This document shows, piece after piece, positions 37,086-46,925 of a stretch of DNA of 46,925 nt. Location of the stretch: the NCBI GenBank assembly GCA_037142195.1, contig JBAXBA010000021.1, positions 1 to 46,925 of the forward strand, written 5' to 3'. The notes beneath the pieces are model-generated. The model saw only the letters and a program-made list of their open reading frames with translations, was not told where the DNA came from and did not search any database. Source of the DNA: Pseudomonadota bacterium. GTDB taxonomy: Bacteria; Bdellovibrionota_B; Oligoflexia; Oligoflexales; CAIMVM01. The position numbers and the translations under genes are program-made. Numbering within the stretch: the stretch's first letter is position 1; the number at the start of each line of letters is the position of its first letter.

Positions 37086-37994
37086 CTAGACTTTATTTTT
37101 AACAATCGTTCCCGTTGAAGTAACGCCCAACATTAAGCCAGAATTGTCTTCAAAGAAGCTGCGAAGGCCTGGATAGCGCGATCTGCTTTGAAAGGCCCAA
37201 AAAAGTTGGCGTCTGGGGTGACGGTGTAGAATCAAAATTTGAAGGATGTTTTTCTCTTCTTCTTCAAGATTCCCGGTTTCTAGCAAGTGCTCGCATCGTT
37301 CTTTTAAAAGAGAATCTAATTCGAGGTGCTTTTGTCTGGCTCCCATCATGTCGATGCTCTGGGTCTCGTCGATAAAAAGTTCCGTGAAGTGCTGCCAGTT
37401 ACTCGCAAGTAGACTAAGAGTGGGAATGCGAGTACCAAAATGTCTAATGAGCAGAAGGATTTGATCCACAGGGTGGCTGTCGATAAGCTGTCGAGCTGAT
37501 GCATTCGTTTCAGAAATTTCATTTTCATCGAGAGTTCGACTGGCGGTGAAAAGCCTAAATATTCTTTCACACGTTTCTTGGTCTTCTGATTCTTCGTGCT
37601 TAGGTTGGGCTCCGCCTTTTATAGAGTGAAATCGGCCTCGGCGAAAAGGGTAGATCCGAGCGTCATTTTGGACTTCCATAGCTCTAGGCAGAAACCATTT
37701 GGTCGTGTCAAAGTTAAACGAAATCATCATGGAGGGTTTTTCTTGTTTTGAAGTAGCCTTCTCGCTAAAGCGCATCTTTATAATTTCGCGACTGGAAAGT
37801 GATTCAAGGGCGTGAAAGACATCTTTTTCTGATCTTCCCAGGAAAATAGATAGTTCTTCTTCATTGGTAATGATGTGAGAAAAATCTGACACCGCCGTAT
37901 TGAGAATATAAAGTACGAGCGAATACTCGCACGAAGACAATTGGGACTCGGCAAGTTTTTTAAAGCCAGATGATTTCAGGAAACGGTTAAGCAT
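37086..37994 (-). CDS. Hypothetical protein with probable N-terminal winged-helix domain
   Basis: LSSCEYSLVLYIL...EELSIFLGRSEKDVFHALESLSSREII wHTH-like pattern. GAGAGGG RBS before ATG 37994. Confidence 0.7.
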   Translation of the reverse strand: MLNRFLKSSGFKKLAESQLSSCEYSLVLYILNTAVSDFSHIITNEEELSIFLGRSEKDVFHALESLSSREIIKMRFSEKATSKQEKPSMMISFNFDTTKWFLPRAMEVQNDARIYPFRRGRFHSIKGGAQPKHEESEDQETCERIFRLFTASRTLDENEISETNASARQLIDSHPVDQILLLIRHFGTRIPTLSLLASNWQHFTELFIDETQSIDMMGARQKHLELDSLLKERCEHLLETGNLEEEEKNILQILILHRHPRRQLFWAFQSRSRYPGLRSFFEDNSGLMLGVTSTGTIVKNKV

Positions 37995-38150
37995 AGGACC
38001 CTCTCGTTGATCACATCCTATGATATCAGCTAACGCTTCCAATGCCACTAGGCGTCATTACTAAGTAGGAACTCTAGAAAGATGTGCCTTAAAACTGCAC
38101 ATCTAAAGCTTTCGAGGCTTCTTTCGAGTAAACGAGCAAAGTCTTTATAT

Positions 38151-38190
38151 CTCTTTATGAAACCCTGGGTTTTTGTGGTTTCATAAAGAG
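38151..38190. terminator. 14-bp perfect inverted repeat downstream of the carboxylase operon
   Basis: CTCTTTATGAAACC / GGTTTCATAAAGAG with a 12-nt loop. Confidence 0.6.
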
Positions 38191-38251
38191 TTTCTTTAAA
38201 GTCTGGCAAGACGAAGTTTCACATTTGCCATGAGGAAAGAGAGCCTTAACT

Positions 38252-40234
38252 CTAATCCCAATGGGCAAGAGTTTGGCCTGAAAGTACTTGGTCCCCTGCT
38301 TTTACAGAAACCTCCTTGATGGTTCCGGACTTGGCAGCTTTCACTTCAAATTCCATTTTCATGGATTCCAGAATGAAAAGAGTCTGATTTCTGGGAATGG
38401 AATCGCCCACTTTAGCCATGACCTTTACAACCTTGCCCGGGACGGGAGCTGTGAGGCCTTGCTCTGACTGAACCGAGTGGGAAGTGGCATTTTCATTTCG
38501 TAAATCTCTCGAGGAAGTCCAAGTATGGCCATTTTTAAACACGCTGTAGGTGACGGAATCAAGGTCTTTGTGAACCGCAAAAGCTAAATCCTGGCCCTCT
38601 ACGAGAATATCCCCATAAATGAGTTCCTGGCCAAATTTGCGCAAAGAAACGTGCTTTGTCTCCCACTTAACTAGGGATGAGCCCAAGATCTGCCTTTGAT
38701 TCGAAAAGGCGTATCCGGCCAGCTGGTCGTGGTTGGGCTTACCCAAGAAGCGAACTTCTACCTCAGCACTTTCTTTTTCTTCGAGGCGTTTAAGGGCTAA
38801 GCGATAAAGCTGATCTTTTTCTTGAATAGAGGCTACTTGTGGCACTAATGCATCATGGTGAAGGGATATAAAATTTGTGGCTTGGGCGGAGACGGCAAAG
38901 GGCGTCTTTTCAAGAATTTGAATCAAATAGGCTTGATTGGTGGCAGGTCCCACAAATTTAGTTTCTTTGAGTGCGCGCGCCAGCAAAGCTAAGCTGTTTT
39001 CCCTGGTGTCTGCCGTGGCAATCACTTTAGCGATCATAGGATCAAACTTAGTAGAAATTTCATCTAGGCAGTCTAAACCTACCTCCCAACGCACCCCTTT
39101 GATTTGGGCAGGAAGAAAGCATTTTACCGGTCCCGGGCTAGGGAAAAAATGGGCATTGCAGTCTTCTGCGTAAAGCCTCGCTTCTATGGAGTGGCCTCTG
39201 GCCTCAGCCTTTAGAAAGCTGGCAGACAGGGCTTCGCCTTGTGCTACCCTAAACTGCCACTCCACGAGATCTACACCGTGAACTTCTTCAGTTACCGGAT
39301 GCTCTACTTGGAGACGGGTATTCATTTCTAGAAAATAAAACGGTTGATCGCTTTTCTTTTGTGTCGCTTCAGTCCAATCCACTAAAAACTCAACGGTTCC
39401 TGCATTTTGATAGGATACGGATTTCGCGAGTCGCACTGCGGCCTGATGGAGTTTCTTTCTAGTTTCCTGTCCCAGTTGAAAGGCTGGCGACTCTTCGAGG
39501 ATCTTTTGATGGCGTCTTTGGATCGAGCAATCGCGGTCCCCAAGGGCCACGACATTGCCGTGGCTGTCAGCCATAATTTGCACTTCGATATGTCTTGAGA
39601 CCTCAAGATATCTTTCACAAATCAAAGTGCCATCGCCAAAAGAAGCAAGGCCTTCCGAATAAGCTCTAAGAGCAGATGTCTTTAGTTCGTCATAGCTTCG
39701 AACAAGACGCATTCCTTTGCCGCCTCCGCCCATGGCTGCTTTGAGCAAAAGGGGATATCCAGTTTTTTGAGCAAAGGCCTCTAACTCGGAAAAATCGCCT
39801 TTCTCATCTGCCGGCACAGGAAAACCCTTGAGCCCTGGAGTGACGGGGACTTGATGCTCTTCCGCTATCGTTCGAGCCTTGGCTTTTGAGGCCATGGCTT
39901 CGATGGAGGCCGAGCTCGGTCCAATCCAAGCCATTCCCGATTTCGTAACCTGATTTGCAAAAATAGCACTTTCGGATAGGAATCCAAAACCAGGATGTAA
40001 AGCGTCGCACCCCGCCTTCAAGGCAAGATCTATAAGGCGATTTCCATCAAGATAGAGGTGAGTGTCTTCTACGGCAACCCGAACAAAGGTCGTAACTTCA
40101 GATTCTAAAAAAAGGGGAGGTCTCTCTTGATCGGTTAAGACTACCGATTCTATTCCCATCTTTTTGGCGCTTTGCGCAATTCGTCTCGCAATTTCGCCAC
40201 GATTGGCAATGAACACACGTTTTATTTTTTTCAT
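38252..40234 (-). CDS. liuD: Acyl-CoA carboxylase alpha subunit (biotin carboxylase + biotin carrier), methylcrotonyl-CoA carboxylase type
   Basis: IANRGEIA, HPGFGFLSE, GGGGKGMR, EMNTRLQVEH and ESMKM biotinylation motif. ATGA overlap with the upstream gene. Confidence 0.85.
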   Translation of the reverse strand: MKKIKRVFIANRGEIARRIAQSAKKMGIESVVLTDQERPPLFLESEVTTFVRVAVEDTHLYLDGNRLIDLALKAGCDALHPGFGFLSESAIFANQVTKSGMAWIGPSSASIEAMASKAKARTIAEEHQVPVTPGLKGFPVPADEKGDFSELEAFAQKTGYPLLLKAAMGGGGKGMRLVRSYDELKTSALRAYSEGLASFGDGTLICERYLEVSRHIEVQIMADSHGNVVALGDRDCSIQRRHQKILEESPAFQLGQETRKKLHQAAVRLAKSVSYQNAGTVEFLVDWTEATQKKSDQPFYFLEMNTRLQVEHPVTEEVHGVDLVEWQFRVAQGEALSASFLKAEARGHSIEARLYAEDCNAHFFPSPGPVKCFLPAQIKGVRWEVGLDCLDEISTKFDPMIAKVIATADTRENSLALLARALKETKFVGPATNQAYLIQILEKTPFAVSAQATNFISLHHDALVPQVASIQEKDQLYRLALKRLEEKESAEVEVRFLGKPNHDQLAGYAFSNQRQILGSSLVKWETKHVSLRKFGQELIYGDILVEGQDLAFAVHKDLDSVTYSVFKNGHTWTSSRDLRNENATSHSVQSEQGLTAPVPGKVVKVMAKVGDSIPRNQTLFILESMKMEFEVKAAKSGTIKEVSVKAGDQVLSGQTLAHWD

Positions 40235-41052
40235 GGCAGGTCCCATTCCTCAGGTAATTTAATGGCCCAAGGGGATTGTTGTTTAGTAAAGAAACTAGCG
40301 AGTCCTGCTTGTCCCTCAGAAGAGGTCCGTGCTTGGGAGATGGCTTTCGCGGTCTCATCACATTGCATAAAGTTATTTTTCTCTAAAGTCTGATGCAGAG
40401 TTTTCAGCAAAGTTACAGCCTGAGGTCCAGCCGCTAAGATGAGGTTGAGCTCCTCTATAAGAAAACGAGCCCGGGTTTCAGAGTCAAAAACTCGATCCAC
40501 AAGTCCGAAGCTAAGGGCTTCCTCAGCGGAAAAAACTTTCGCAGTAACACTGAGGCGCCTCAGCGCGCCCCTGTGAATGCGGTGAGCGAGGTAGGGATAG
40601 ATGACTGCTGGCAAAAGTCCTAGTTTTACCTCAGAAAGACAGAATTTCGTAGGGGTTTCCGCTAAAACGATATCACAGCATGCAGCTAAGCCGACGGCTC
40701 CACCAAAAACGCTACCATGAAGCAAAGCAATGGTTGGAATCTTCAGTCGGTAAAGAGCTTCAAACATTTGGGTCAAATTTCCGGCATCAGTGAGGTTTTC
40801 TTCATAGGAAAGCTTCGCCGCATCCTTCATCCAGCTAAGGTCTGCTCCAGCAGAAAAATGTTTTCCCTTGCCTTTTAAAACGAGGGCTCTGACCTGTGGG
40901 GTCTGGGCAACCTCTAAAAAGGCTTTGGTAAGACCTAAAATCACGTCTCCGTTAAAACTATTGGCGGCCTCTTCGCGGGAAATGGCGACAACGGCTACCA
41001 CATCCGGACGGGAAGAATCTATTTGGCAATAGAGCAGTTCGACAGACTTCAC
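40231..41052 (-). CDS. liuC: Enoyl-CoA hydratase/isomerase, methylglutaconyl-CoA hydratase type
   Basis: FSAGADLSWM, GGAVGLAACCD and LSEVKLGLLPAVI motifs. Operon context. GTG start at 41052 with GGTGAGG RBS. Confidence 0.8.
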   Translation of the reverse strand: MKSVELLYCQIDSSRPDVVAVVAISREEAANSFNGDVILGLTKAFLEVAQTPQVRALVLKGKGKHFSAGADLSWMKDAAKLSYEENLTDAGNLTQMFEALYRLKIPTIALLHGSVFGGAVGLAACCDIVLAETPTKFCLSEVKLGLLPAVIYPYLAHRIHRGALRRLSVTAKVFSAEEALSFGLVDRVFDSETRARFLIEELNLILAAGPQAVTLLKTLHQTLEKNNFMQCDETAKAISQARTSSEGQAGLASFFTKQQSPWAIKLPEEWDLP

Positions 41053-41059
41053 CGTGGCC

Positions 41060-42892
41060 TCACCTTTGGGATTCATAACGTTTCACATCTTCTAAGACAT
41101 TATTAGGAATGGCAACTCTCTGCCTAAGGAGCGCTTGAGAAAATGTTTTCCCTTGGGCATCTGTTCTTAAGGTCATGGTCCCACCGCCCCCTAAGGCTTC
41201 ATCTAAAAGAAAGTTGAGCCCTTGAAGCTTATCAAGACGATATCTTGTGACTTTCCCTTTGCAAAGCTCTTGAAACCAGTTCTTGACGGTTTGTGCGCTC
41301 AGAGTCTCACATATAAATTTATAAGCTAACGGGCTGCGCGCTAATACACCGATATTGGCCATATCCCCTTTGTCGCCGCTTCTTGCGAGAGCAATGGCAT
41401 ATAGAGGCGCATATGTGGATTTTGTGTTTTCGGCAATCACCGCAGCTACTGAGGCATTCGGGCTGCTCGCCGTTTGGACGTCATCAGCAGGTGGCGTGAA
41501 ATTTCCAACCGGTGAGGACGTCACTGTCTTGGATTCGACGACCTTTTGATTTTGCCAAAGACTGATTTTGGGGTGAACCAAATCTTTATTCATAAGTGCC
41601 GGCCAATAGCTGACAACTTCTTGGGGCTTGGGTACGCCACCAATAACGGCGACTCCAGGGGGACCTGAAAGGATAAGAGAAGGGATCATCTTTCCAAAGG
41701 CCTGGAGAGAGGACTCATCGACTGCGCGCGCACTTAAGCGCAGAAGGATTTCATTGCCTTCTTCTTGATGACCAAGAGATCTATGGCACGAGTTCCAGCC
41801 GATGAACTCAGTAGAGGTTTCTAGGAAATTGGGGCTGAGGCGCTTCCAAAAGATTTGCGAAAAGGTTTCCGCTTTGGCGCGGGCGTTAGGACCAGAAATC
41901 ATGATGGAGCCGGTGGCTTTATAGCCATCCCGATAGGCCATAGAGACTTTGTAAAAAGGCGTGGGTTCATGCCCTTGGACATGGCTGACTTTGACTCGAT
42001 GGGGACCGTCTGGGGCAATTTCTATGGATGAGAAGTCTACCACAACGTCTGGGGTTATATAGGCTTTAGGGTTTCCCATTTCGTAAAAGAGCTGCTCTCT
42101 CACGGTATCGAGGGAAACGAGACCGCCTGTGCCTTCATGTTTTGTCAAAACGAAACTTCCGTCTGGATAGACTTCAGCAATTGGATAACCGATTTCATGA
42201 AAGTTTGTGACTTTGGTCCAGTCGGAAAAGTTTCCACCGGTAATCTGACAGCCGCACTCAAGCATGTGACCAGCCACCATACCCGAGGCTACTTTATTCC
42301 AATCCTTGGCATCCCAGCCAAACTCAAAAATCATGGGAGCTACAGTGATACCGGTGTCTGTAACGCGACCTGTAATGATAATGTCCGGATTCCACTTTAA
42401 GGCTTCCACAACTGCTGTTGCGCCAAAATAGATGTTAGCGGATTCAATGCGACCGTCGACTAAATCGAAAGTGGAATTGTTTTCCATGTTTCTAAATGCG
42501 GCCCCTTTTTTTTGCAATTCAGGGATGTCACTTAAAATATCATCCCCATGTACGACTGCGATTTTAGGAGTGACCCCTAACTTGACTCCTAGGGCTTCGA
42601 TAGCACCTGCTAGGGCTAGGGGGTTAACGCCCCCGGCATTCGTGATGATTTTTGTTTTTTGCTTTAAGACTTGTACGAGCACGGGTTCGAGCATGACCAA
42701 AAAATCTCTGGCATACCCTGTACTTGGGTTCTTAGAACGTTGCTTCTGCATGATCGACATCGTCACTTCGGCCAGGAAGTCCATCGTGATGTAGTCGAGA
42801 TGTCCGCCCTCGACTTGCCTTTTTAAGGCATGAGGATCATCTCCCCAGTATCCACCAGCATTCCCAATTCGAATCGGTTTTGTGCGCTCCAT
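41060..42892 (-). CDS. atuA: Acyclic terpene utilization AtuA-family protein
   Basis: IRIGNAGGYWGD, DFLAEVTM, TGRVTD, GHMLECG, EQLFYE, ARSGDKGD and DAQGK motifs. Confidence 0.88.
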   Translation of the reverse strand: MERTKPIRIGNAGGYWGDDPHALKRQVEGGHLDYITMDFLAEVTMSIMQKQRSKNPSTGYARDFLVMLEPVLVQVLKQKTKIITNAGGVNPLALAGAIEALGVKLGVTPKIAVVHGDDILSDIPELQKKGAAFRNMENNSTFDLVDGRIESANIYFGATAVVEALKWNPDIIITGRVTDTGITVAPMIFEFGWDAKDWNKVASGMVAGHMLECGCQITGGNFSDWTKVTNFHEIGYPIAEVYPDGSFVLTKHEGTGGLVSLDTVREQLFYEMGNPKAYITPDVVVDFSSIEIAPDGPHRVKVSHVQGHEPTPFYKVSMAYRDGYKATGSIMISGPNARAKAETFSQIFWKRLSPNFLETSTEFIGWNSCHRSLGHQEEGNEILLRLSARAVDESSLQAFGKMIPSLILSGPPGVAVIGGVPKPQEVVSYWPALMNKDLVHPKISLWQNQKVVESKTVTSSPVGNFTPPADDVQTASSPNASVAAVIAENTKSTYAPLYAIALARSGDKGDMANIGVLARSPLAYKFICETLSAQTVKNWFQELCKGKVTRYRLDKLQGLNFLLDEALGGGGTMTLRTDAQGKTFSQALLRQRVAIPNNVLEDVKRYESQR

Positions 42893-42928
42893 GTTTACCC
42901 TCTATATGTTGACGTCAGTTGTTTGTTT

Positions 42929-43018
42929 TTCTGTTTCAGCGATTCTGTTTCAGCGATTCTGTTTCAGCGGTTCTGTTTCAGCGATTCTGTTTCAGCGATT
43001 CTGTTTCAGCGGTTCTGT
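42929..43018. repeat. Intergenic 14-bp VNTR, six units plus partial
   Basis: TTCTGTTTCAGCGR x6 with last base A,A,G,A,A,G, i.e. a duplicated 42-bp higher-order unit. Confidence 0.95.
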
Positions 43019-43034
43019 GAGTTCAAGATCACCG

Positions 43035-44639
43035 CTACATTCTAAAAGCACCAAATTTAGTGTCCTTCCAAGGGCGGTGCAGTGTGGATGCAAAAGCAGC
43101 CCCCAGAACTTTCCTGGTTTCTCTTGGATCCAGGATGCCATCATCCCAAAGTCGGGCTGTGGAATAGTAGGCGGAACCCTCGCGCTCGTATTTTTCAAGG
43201 ATTGGCCGCCTAAGATCTTGTCTCTCGGCCTCGGATAGTGCGGCACCTTTAGCGGAGAGCTGTTGCTCTTTTACGGTTGCTAAAACATTTGCCGCCTGCT
43301 CTCCCCCCATCACACTAATGCGCGCTTCTGGCCACATAAATAGAAAGTCAGGATCATAGGCTCGACCACACATGCCGTAATTTCCAGCACCAAAGGAGCC
43401 ACCGACAATGAGAGTGATTTTAGGCACGTTAGCATTGGCGACTGCATGGACCAATTTAGCACCATCTTTAGCGATGCCGCCATGCTCATATTTCTTACCA
43501 ACCATAAATCCCGTAATGTTTTGCAAGAACAAAAGAGGAATATTTTCCTGACAACACAATTCAATAAAGTGAGTTCCCTTCAAGGCGCTTTCCGAGAATA
43601 GTACGCCGTTGTTGGCGATAATCCCCACCGGAATCCCTTCTATATGAGCAAATCCACAGACCAATGTCGTTCCGTAGTTTTTCTTAAATTCAAAAAGTTC
43701 CGAACGATCCACAAGTCTTGCTATGATCTCTCTGATGTCGATAAATTTTTTAATATCGGTCGGTAAAAGTCCGATAATATCTTCTTCAGGGTAAGCAGGA
43801 ATTTCTGGGGATTTAAGCTTCACCGGTGCCCTATCAGGCTCGCCCAAATAGCTGATAATTTCCCTTACTATGCCGATGGCATGCGCGTCATTTTCAGCCA
43901 AATGATCAGCAACCCCTGAAATCGAGGTATGCACCATGGCACCACCGAGTTCTTCCGCGGAAACCTCTTCGCCTGTAGCGGCTTTGACCAGGGGAGGACC
44001 AGCCAAGAAAATGGTTCCGGTTCCTTTGACAATCACCGACTGATCTGACATTGCTGGTATGTAAGCGCCACCTGCGGTGCAAAAGCCGTGGACTGAGGAA
44101 ATTTGCGGAATGCCTAAACTCGACATTTTAGCTTGATTAAAGAAGATTCTTCCAAAATGGTCCCGGTCCGGAAACACCTCGTCTTGTCGCGGTAAAAAGG
44201 CGCCTCCAGAATCTACTAAGTAGATGCATGGAAGGTGATTTTTCTGAGCGATCTCTTGGGCTCTTAAATGCTTTTTAACCGTAATGGGATAATAGGTCCC
44301 TCCCTTTACGGTTTGATCATTGGCGACTATCATACAAGTGCGGTTGCTGACACGACCTAAACCGGTGACAATCCCTCCGCTAGGAACTTGGTCTTCATAA
44401 AGTTCATGGCCGGCGAGTGCAGAAAGCTCTAAAAAAAAGCTTCCCGGGTCGATCAGCTTAGCAATACGCTCTCGCGCTGTAAGCTTACCCTTGGCGTGCT
44501 GGGCTTCTTTCGCCTTGAGACCACCGCCGTCTCGGGAGGTGTCCAAGGCCTGACTTAATTGGTGAATCGAATGCAAATGAAAATTTTGATTAGAAAGGAA
44601 ATCATCGGACTCTTTGGATATTAAACTTGCTATTTTCAT
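43035..44639 (-). CDS. liuB: Methylcrotonoyl-CoA carboxylase beta (carboxyltransferase) subunit
   Basis: [44 protein letters not shown] and ARLWDDG motifs. Confidence 0.92.
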   Translation of the reverse strand: MKIASLISKESDDFLSNQNFHLHSIHQLSQALDTSRDGGGLKAKEAQHAKGKLTARERIAKLIDPGSFFLELSALAGHELYEDQVPSGGIVTGLGRVSNRTCMIVANDQTVKGGTYYPITVKKHLRAQEIAQKNHLPCIYLVDSGGAFLPRQDEVFPDRDHFGRIFFNQAKMSSLGIPQISSVHGFCTAGGAYIPAMSDQSVIVKGTGTIFLAGPPLVKAATGEEVSAEELGGAMVHTSISGVADHLAENDAHAIGIVREIISYLGEPDRAPVKLKSPEIPAYPEEDIIGLLPTDIKKFIDIREIIARLVDRSELFEFKKNYGTTLVCGFAHIEGIPVGIIANNGVLFSESALKGTHFIELCCQENIPLLFLQNITGFMVGKKYEHGGIAKDGAKLVHAVANANVPKITLIVGGSFGAGNYGMCGRAYDPDFLFMWPEARISVMGGEQAANVLATVKEQQLSAKGAALSEAERQDLRRPILEKYEREGSAYYSTARLWDDGILDPRETRKVLGAAFASTLHRPWKDTKFGAFRM

Positions 44640-44647
44640 GCAATGAC

Positions 44648-45331
44648 CTATTGAGATTTAAAGGGTTGAAAATCTTTCCATGTTCGAAGCGTCGAGCCTT
44701 CATTTTCTAACATTTGGTTTAATACGGCTAAAGTCACTTTGGCATCTCCAATAGATCTGTGGCGAGCTTCAAAGGTCAGGCCATAGTGCTCCGCCAAAGT
44801 GTCTAAGTTCTTGCGTTCCAGATCTGGAAGAAGTTCTCTAGCGAGCTTTAAGGTACAAATACAAGGCCATTCAAAATCAACACCCATCCGGTTGCAGGCG
44901 GACTTTAAAAAGCCGATATCGAAGTCCGCATTGTGGGCCACCAAAACGCTGTTTTCGATAAAACTTAAAAAGCCTGGCAGCTCTTCATGGAAATCAGGTT
45001 TGCCTTCGATCATTTCAGGGGTAATGCCTGTGAGTTTTTGAATTTGTTCTGATAGAATGATATTAGACGAGCAAAGACTCCAATGTTCTCCGACGATCTC
45101 CCCGCCGCGAACTCTTAAGGCAGCGAATTCAATAATACGGTCACGTTCATAATCCAATCCGGTGGTTTCAAAGTCGAAAATAACTAAGTCCTGGTCTTCT
45201 AGGATTTTTTGGTCAGGGCGAAGACTGTATCGCAGGGAACGTCTGAGATTGAGCTCTTCGATTTCGGTTCGCTCTTCCGGCGGTGGAAAGAGAACCCTCG
45301 AAAACATCGAAGTAGCTAGACTTCCTTGCAT
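44648..45331 (-). CDS. DEDDh 3'-5' exonuclease (DnaQ/PolC epsilon-like)
   Basis: [15 protein letters not shown] and HRSIGDA motifs. Confidence 0.92.
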   Translation of the reverse strand: MQGSLATSMFSRVLFPPPEERTEIEELNLRRSLRYSLRPDQKILEDQDLVIFDFETTGLDYERDRIIEFAALRVRGGEIVGEHWSLCSSNIILSEQIQKLTGITPEMIEGKPDFHEELPGFLSFIENSVLVAHNADFDIGFLKSACNRMGVDFEWPCICTLKLARELLPDLERKNLDTLAEHYGLTFEARHRSIGDAKVTLAVLNQMLENEGSTLRTWKDFQPFKSQ

Positions 45332-45472
45332 AATGAAATTCCCTCTTTAGATCAGAGGGTTTTACCGAAAAATCAGGCCACTTGCCACAGCATTTAGCCA
45401 CGCCTCTCAAGAAAAGACCACCGCCGTCTCAAAGGTATAAAAACCTTGCAGCCTTTTCATTCCTTCGTCTGT

Positions 45473-46831
45473 CTAAAGAACGGCCTTTTTAAACCGGCCC
45501 CTTTGGGCCAACCCCATCAAAACTGCGAGGCCTCCAAGCAAGAACCAAAGAGGCCAGAGTCCTAGGGTCTTTAAAACATAAGCTACCCCAATGATGGGCA
45601 GTAGAAGAAGTCGAACGGCGGTTTTAAGAACACTGTGGGCACCCACAAATGTGGCCATGCTCTCGCCATTTTTGTAGTACCAAGCCACGAAAGTTTTTCC
45701 GACTCTGGACTTCAAAAGATAAGCATCCCTGAGCCACCTTAAATGATCAATATAAGGATGGATCCTGGAACCATAGGCAACTGAAGCGACAAAACATGTG
45801 GGTGTTCCGTAGCCCGCTGGTTTTTCGCCGCTTTTGTCAGCGAAAGTAGTATCCAATATAGGCTCACCCGTCGTGCACAAGCTTCGCTTAAGGCCCCGTT
45901 CATACTGCAAAAAGGCTATGTACGTGGAATCCGGTTTGAGGTCATTGATCAGAGCTTCCCCAGCGCTTGGACTGGCTGCAGCAAACCTAATAGTGCCACC
46001 AGAAGCCGCGGCTTTGGCAACCATCCCATCGACCCCTAAAAAACTACCCGAATCGCAGGTCATGCAATTCGAAGCGTTAGGATCGAGAGTACAGTTTCCC
46101 CCTGCAGCGTCTGTGGAAGTGCCATCAAGGTTGGCAATCAAGGACTCATTGGCAAAGTCAATGTTTTGCCCGCCCTCTTTAAGGACCAGCGTGATATAAA
46201 CTTTAGGAGCTGTTCGTGTAACACTATCCGTATAAGTCACCTCAGAAGCCGGCGCCCACGTGATTTTTAACCCGCGATTAAAGCCTGTAATGGAGGTGAT
46301 TTCAGGCACCCCATTGGGAGCCGCAAAGACTCGAGTGGCTTGGAATGCCGTAGAGTTTTCTTTTTTGTCAGCATAGGGATCTGTGGGTTTTGAAGCATTA
46401 AATTTGTAAAAAGCTGCGACAAATTTCTTCGCCGTTACTGCCTGCTCTAGTGTGTCTCCGCCTGTAACATCTGGATTTTTATAAATGGTTACTCTGTACT
46501 CAATATCAAAACTCGTAGAGGTCTCGTTAGACTTGGCTGGGGTCATATTGATCGAGTCCCAATAGAAATATTGATTGATACTTGAACTTTCGCCTGCCCC
46601 TCGAGTCATTCGGATGGGATTCGCATCATTTTCAAAAAAGATTTTGAGATTGTTTTTTAATTCACTGATATCAGCGGAAGGTTTTACATCGCCCACTGAA
46701 ACCCCAGTAACAGTAATGACGAGTGAAACTGACGAATAATCCCTGGTAACTTCCCCGCCGGTAATCGTAGTTGTGGCCATGGCTCGGCTGGAAAGGAACA
46801 AAACCAGGAAAAGTTTTAAGATATGAGTCAC
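45473..46831 (-). CDS. Exported surface protein with CFI-box-CTERM-like C-terminus
   Basis: Signal peptide, beta-rich FN3-like and Cys-containing body, TCFVASVAYGS...LRWLRD..L...GKTFVAWYY, TM segments and a basic tail. Confidence 0.8.
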   Translation of the reverse strand: MTHILKLFLVLFLSSRAMATTTITGGEVTRDYSSVSLVITVTGVSVGDVKPSADISELKNNLKIFFENDANPIRMTRGAGESSSINQYFYWDSINMTPAKSNETSTSFDIEYRVTIYKNPDVTGGDTLEQAVTAKKFVAAFYKFNASKPTDPYADKKENSTAFQATRVFAAPNGVPEITSITGFNRGLKITWAPASEVTYTDSVTRTAPKVYITLVLKEGGQNIDFANESLIANLDGTSTDAAGGNCTLDPNASNCMTCDSGSFLGVDGMVAKAAASGGTIRFAAASPSAGEALINDLKPDSTYIAFLQYERGLKRSLCTTGEPILDTTFADKSGEKPAGYGTPTCFVASVAYGSRIHPYIDHLRWLRDAYLLKSRVGKTFVAWYYKNGESMATFVGAHSVLKTAVRLLLLPIIGVAYVLKTLGLWPLWFLLGGLAVLMGLAQRGRFKKAVL

Positions 46832-46925
46832 GTGGTGAGGCCCCCTAAGGATCGTGTATTTGAGTGGAAATCCGCTACATGAAACTTACGCAAACTTGTG
46901 CATAACAAGTTGACTGTTCATTTCC

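Noticed and set aside
42929..43018. CRISPR array
   Set aside because: Units are 14 bp, directly adjacent with no unique spacers, and there are no cas genes. The same applies to the 12-bp repeat at 35529-35600.
1..46925. tRNA, rRNA, tmRNA, integrase or prophage genes
   Set aside because: No cloverleaf or T-loop signatures, rRNA-like tracts or recognisable phage or integrase proteins seen. A tRNAscan-SE or Infernal run would be needed to exclude small RNAs.

Overview
Bacterial chromosomal window. Gene content and style suggest Bdellovibrionota, probably Oligoflexia (inference). The first ~4.5 kb is a decaying accessory patch. It holds two different nucleotidyltransferase toxin-antitoxin-like pairs: one runs off the window edge and is missing from the ORF track, the other has a frameshifted toxin. 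It also holds an AAA/DUF4143 ATPase pseudogene split by a 434-bp MITE with 53-bp terminal inverted repeats and a perfect 9-bp target-site duplication. Housekeeping genes follow: fabD, rpmF, yceD, rpsB-tsf-pyrH-frr, pyrD, an HD dNTPase, a PrkA ATPase, PIN-PhoH, infC, a DnaQ-like exonuclease and a liuB-atuA-liuC-liuD-type acyl-CoA carboxylase cluster. Interspersed lineage-specific genes include a double-GYF membrane protein, a sensor-less sigma54 activator, a GT4/WcaJ pair, an XRE protein fused to an IrrE-like domain lacking its HExxH motif, a LysR/DUF2608 pair, a cheB remnant, a di-heme lipoprotein/lipoprotein/Tat-DUF1501 operon and a CFI-box-CTERM surface protein. The most unusual gene fuses a nitrite/sulfite-reductase-like Fe-S module to a ~450-aa acidic low-complexity region, behind a sigma28-like promoter. 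No rRNA, tRNA or CRISPR array was seen. All family calls come from motif recognition by eye, not database searches.
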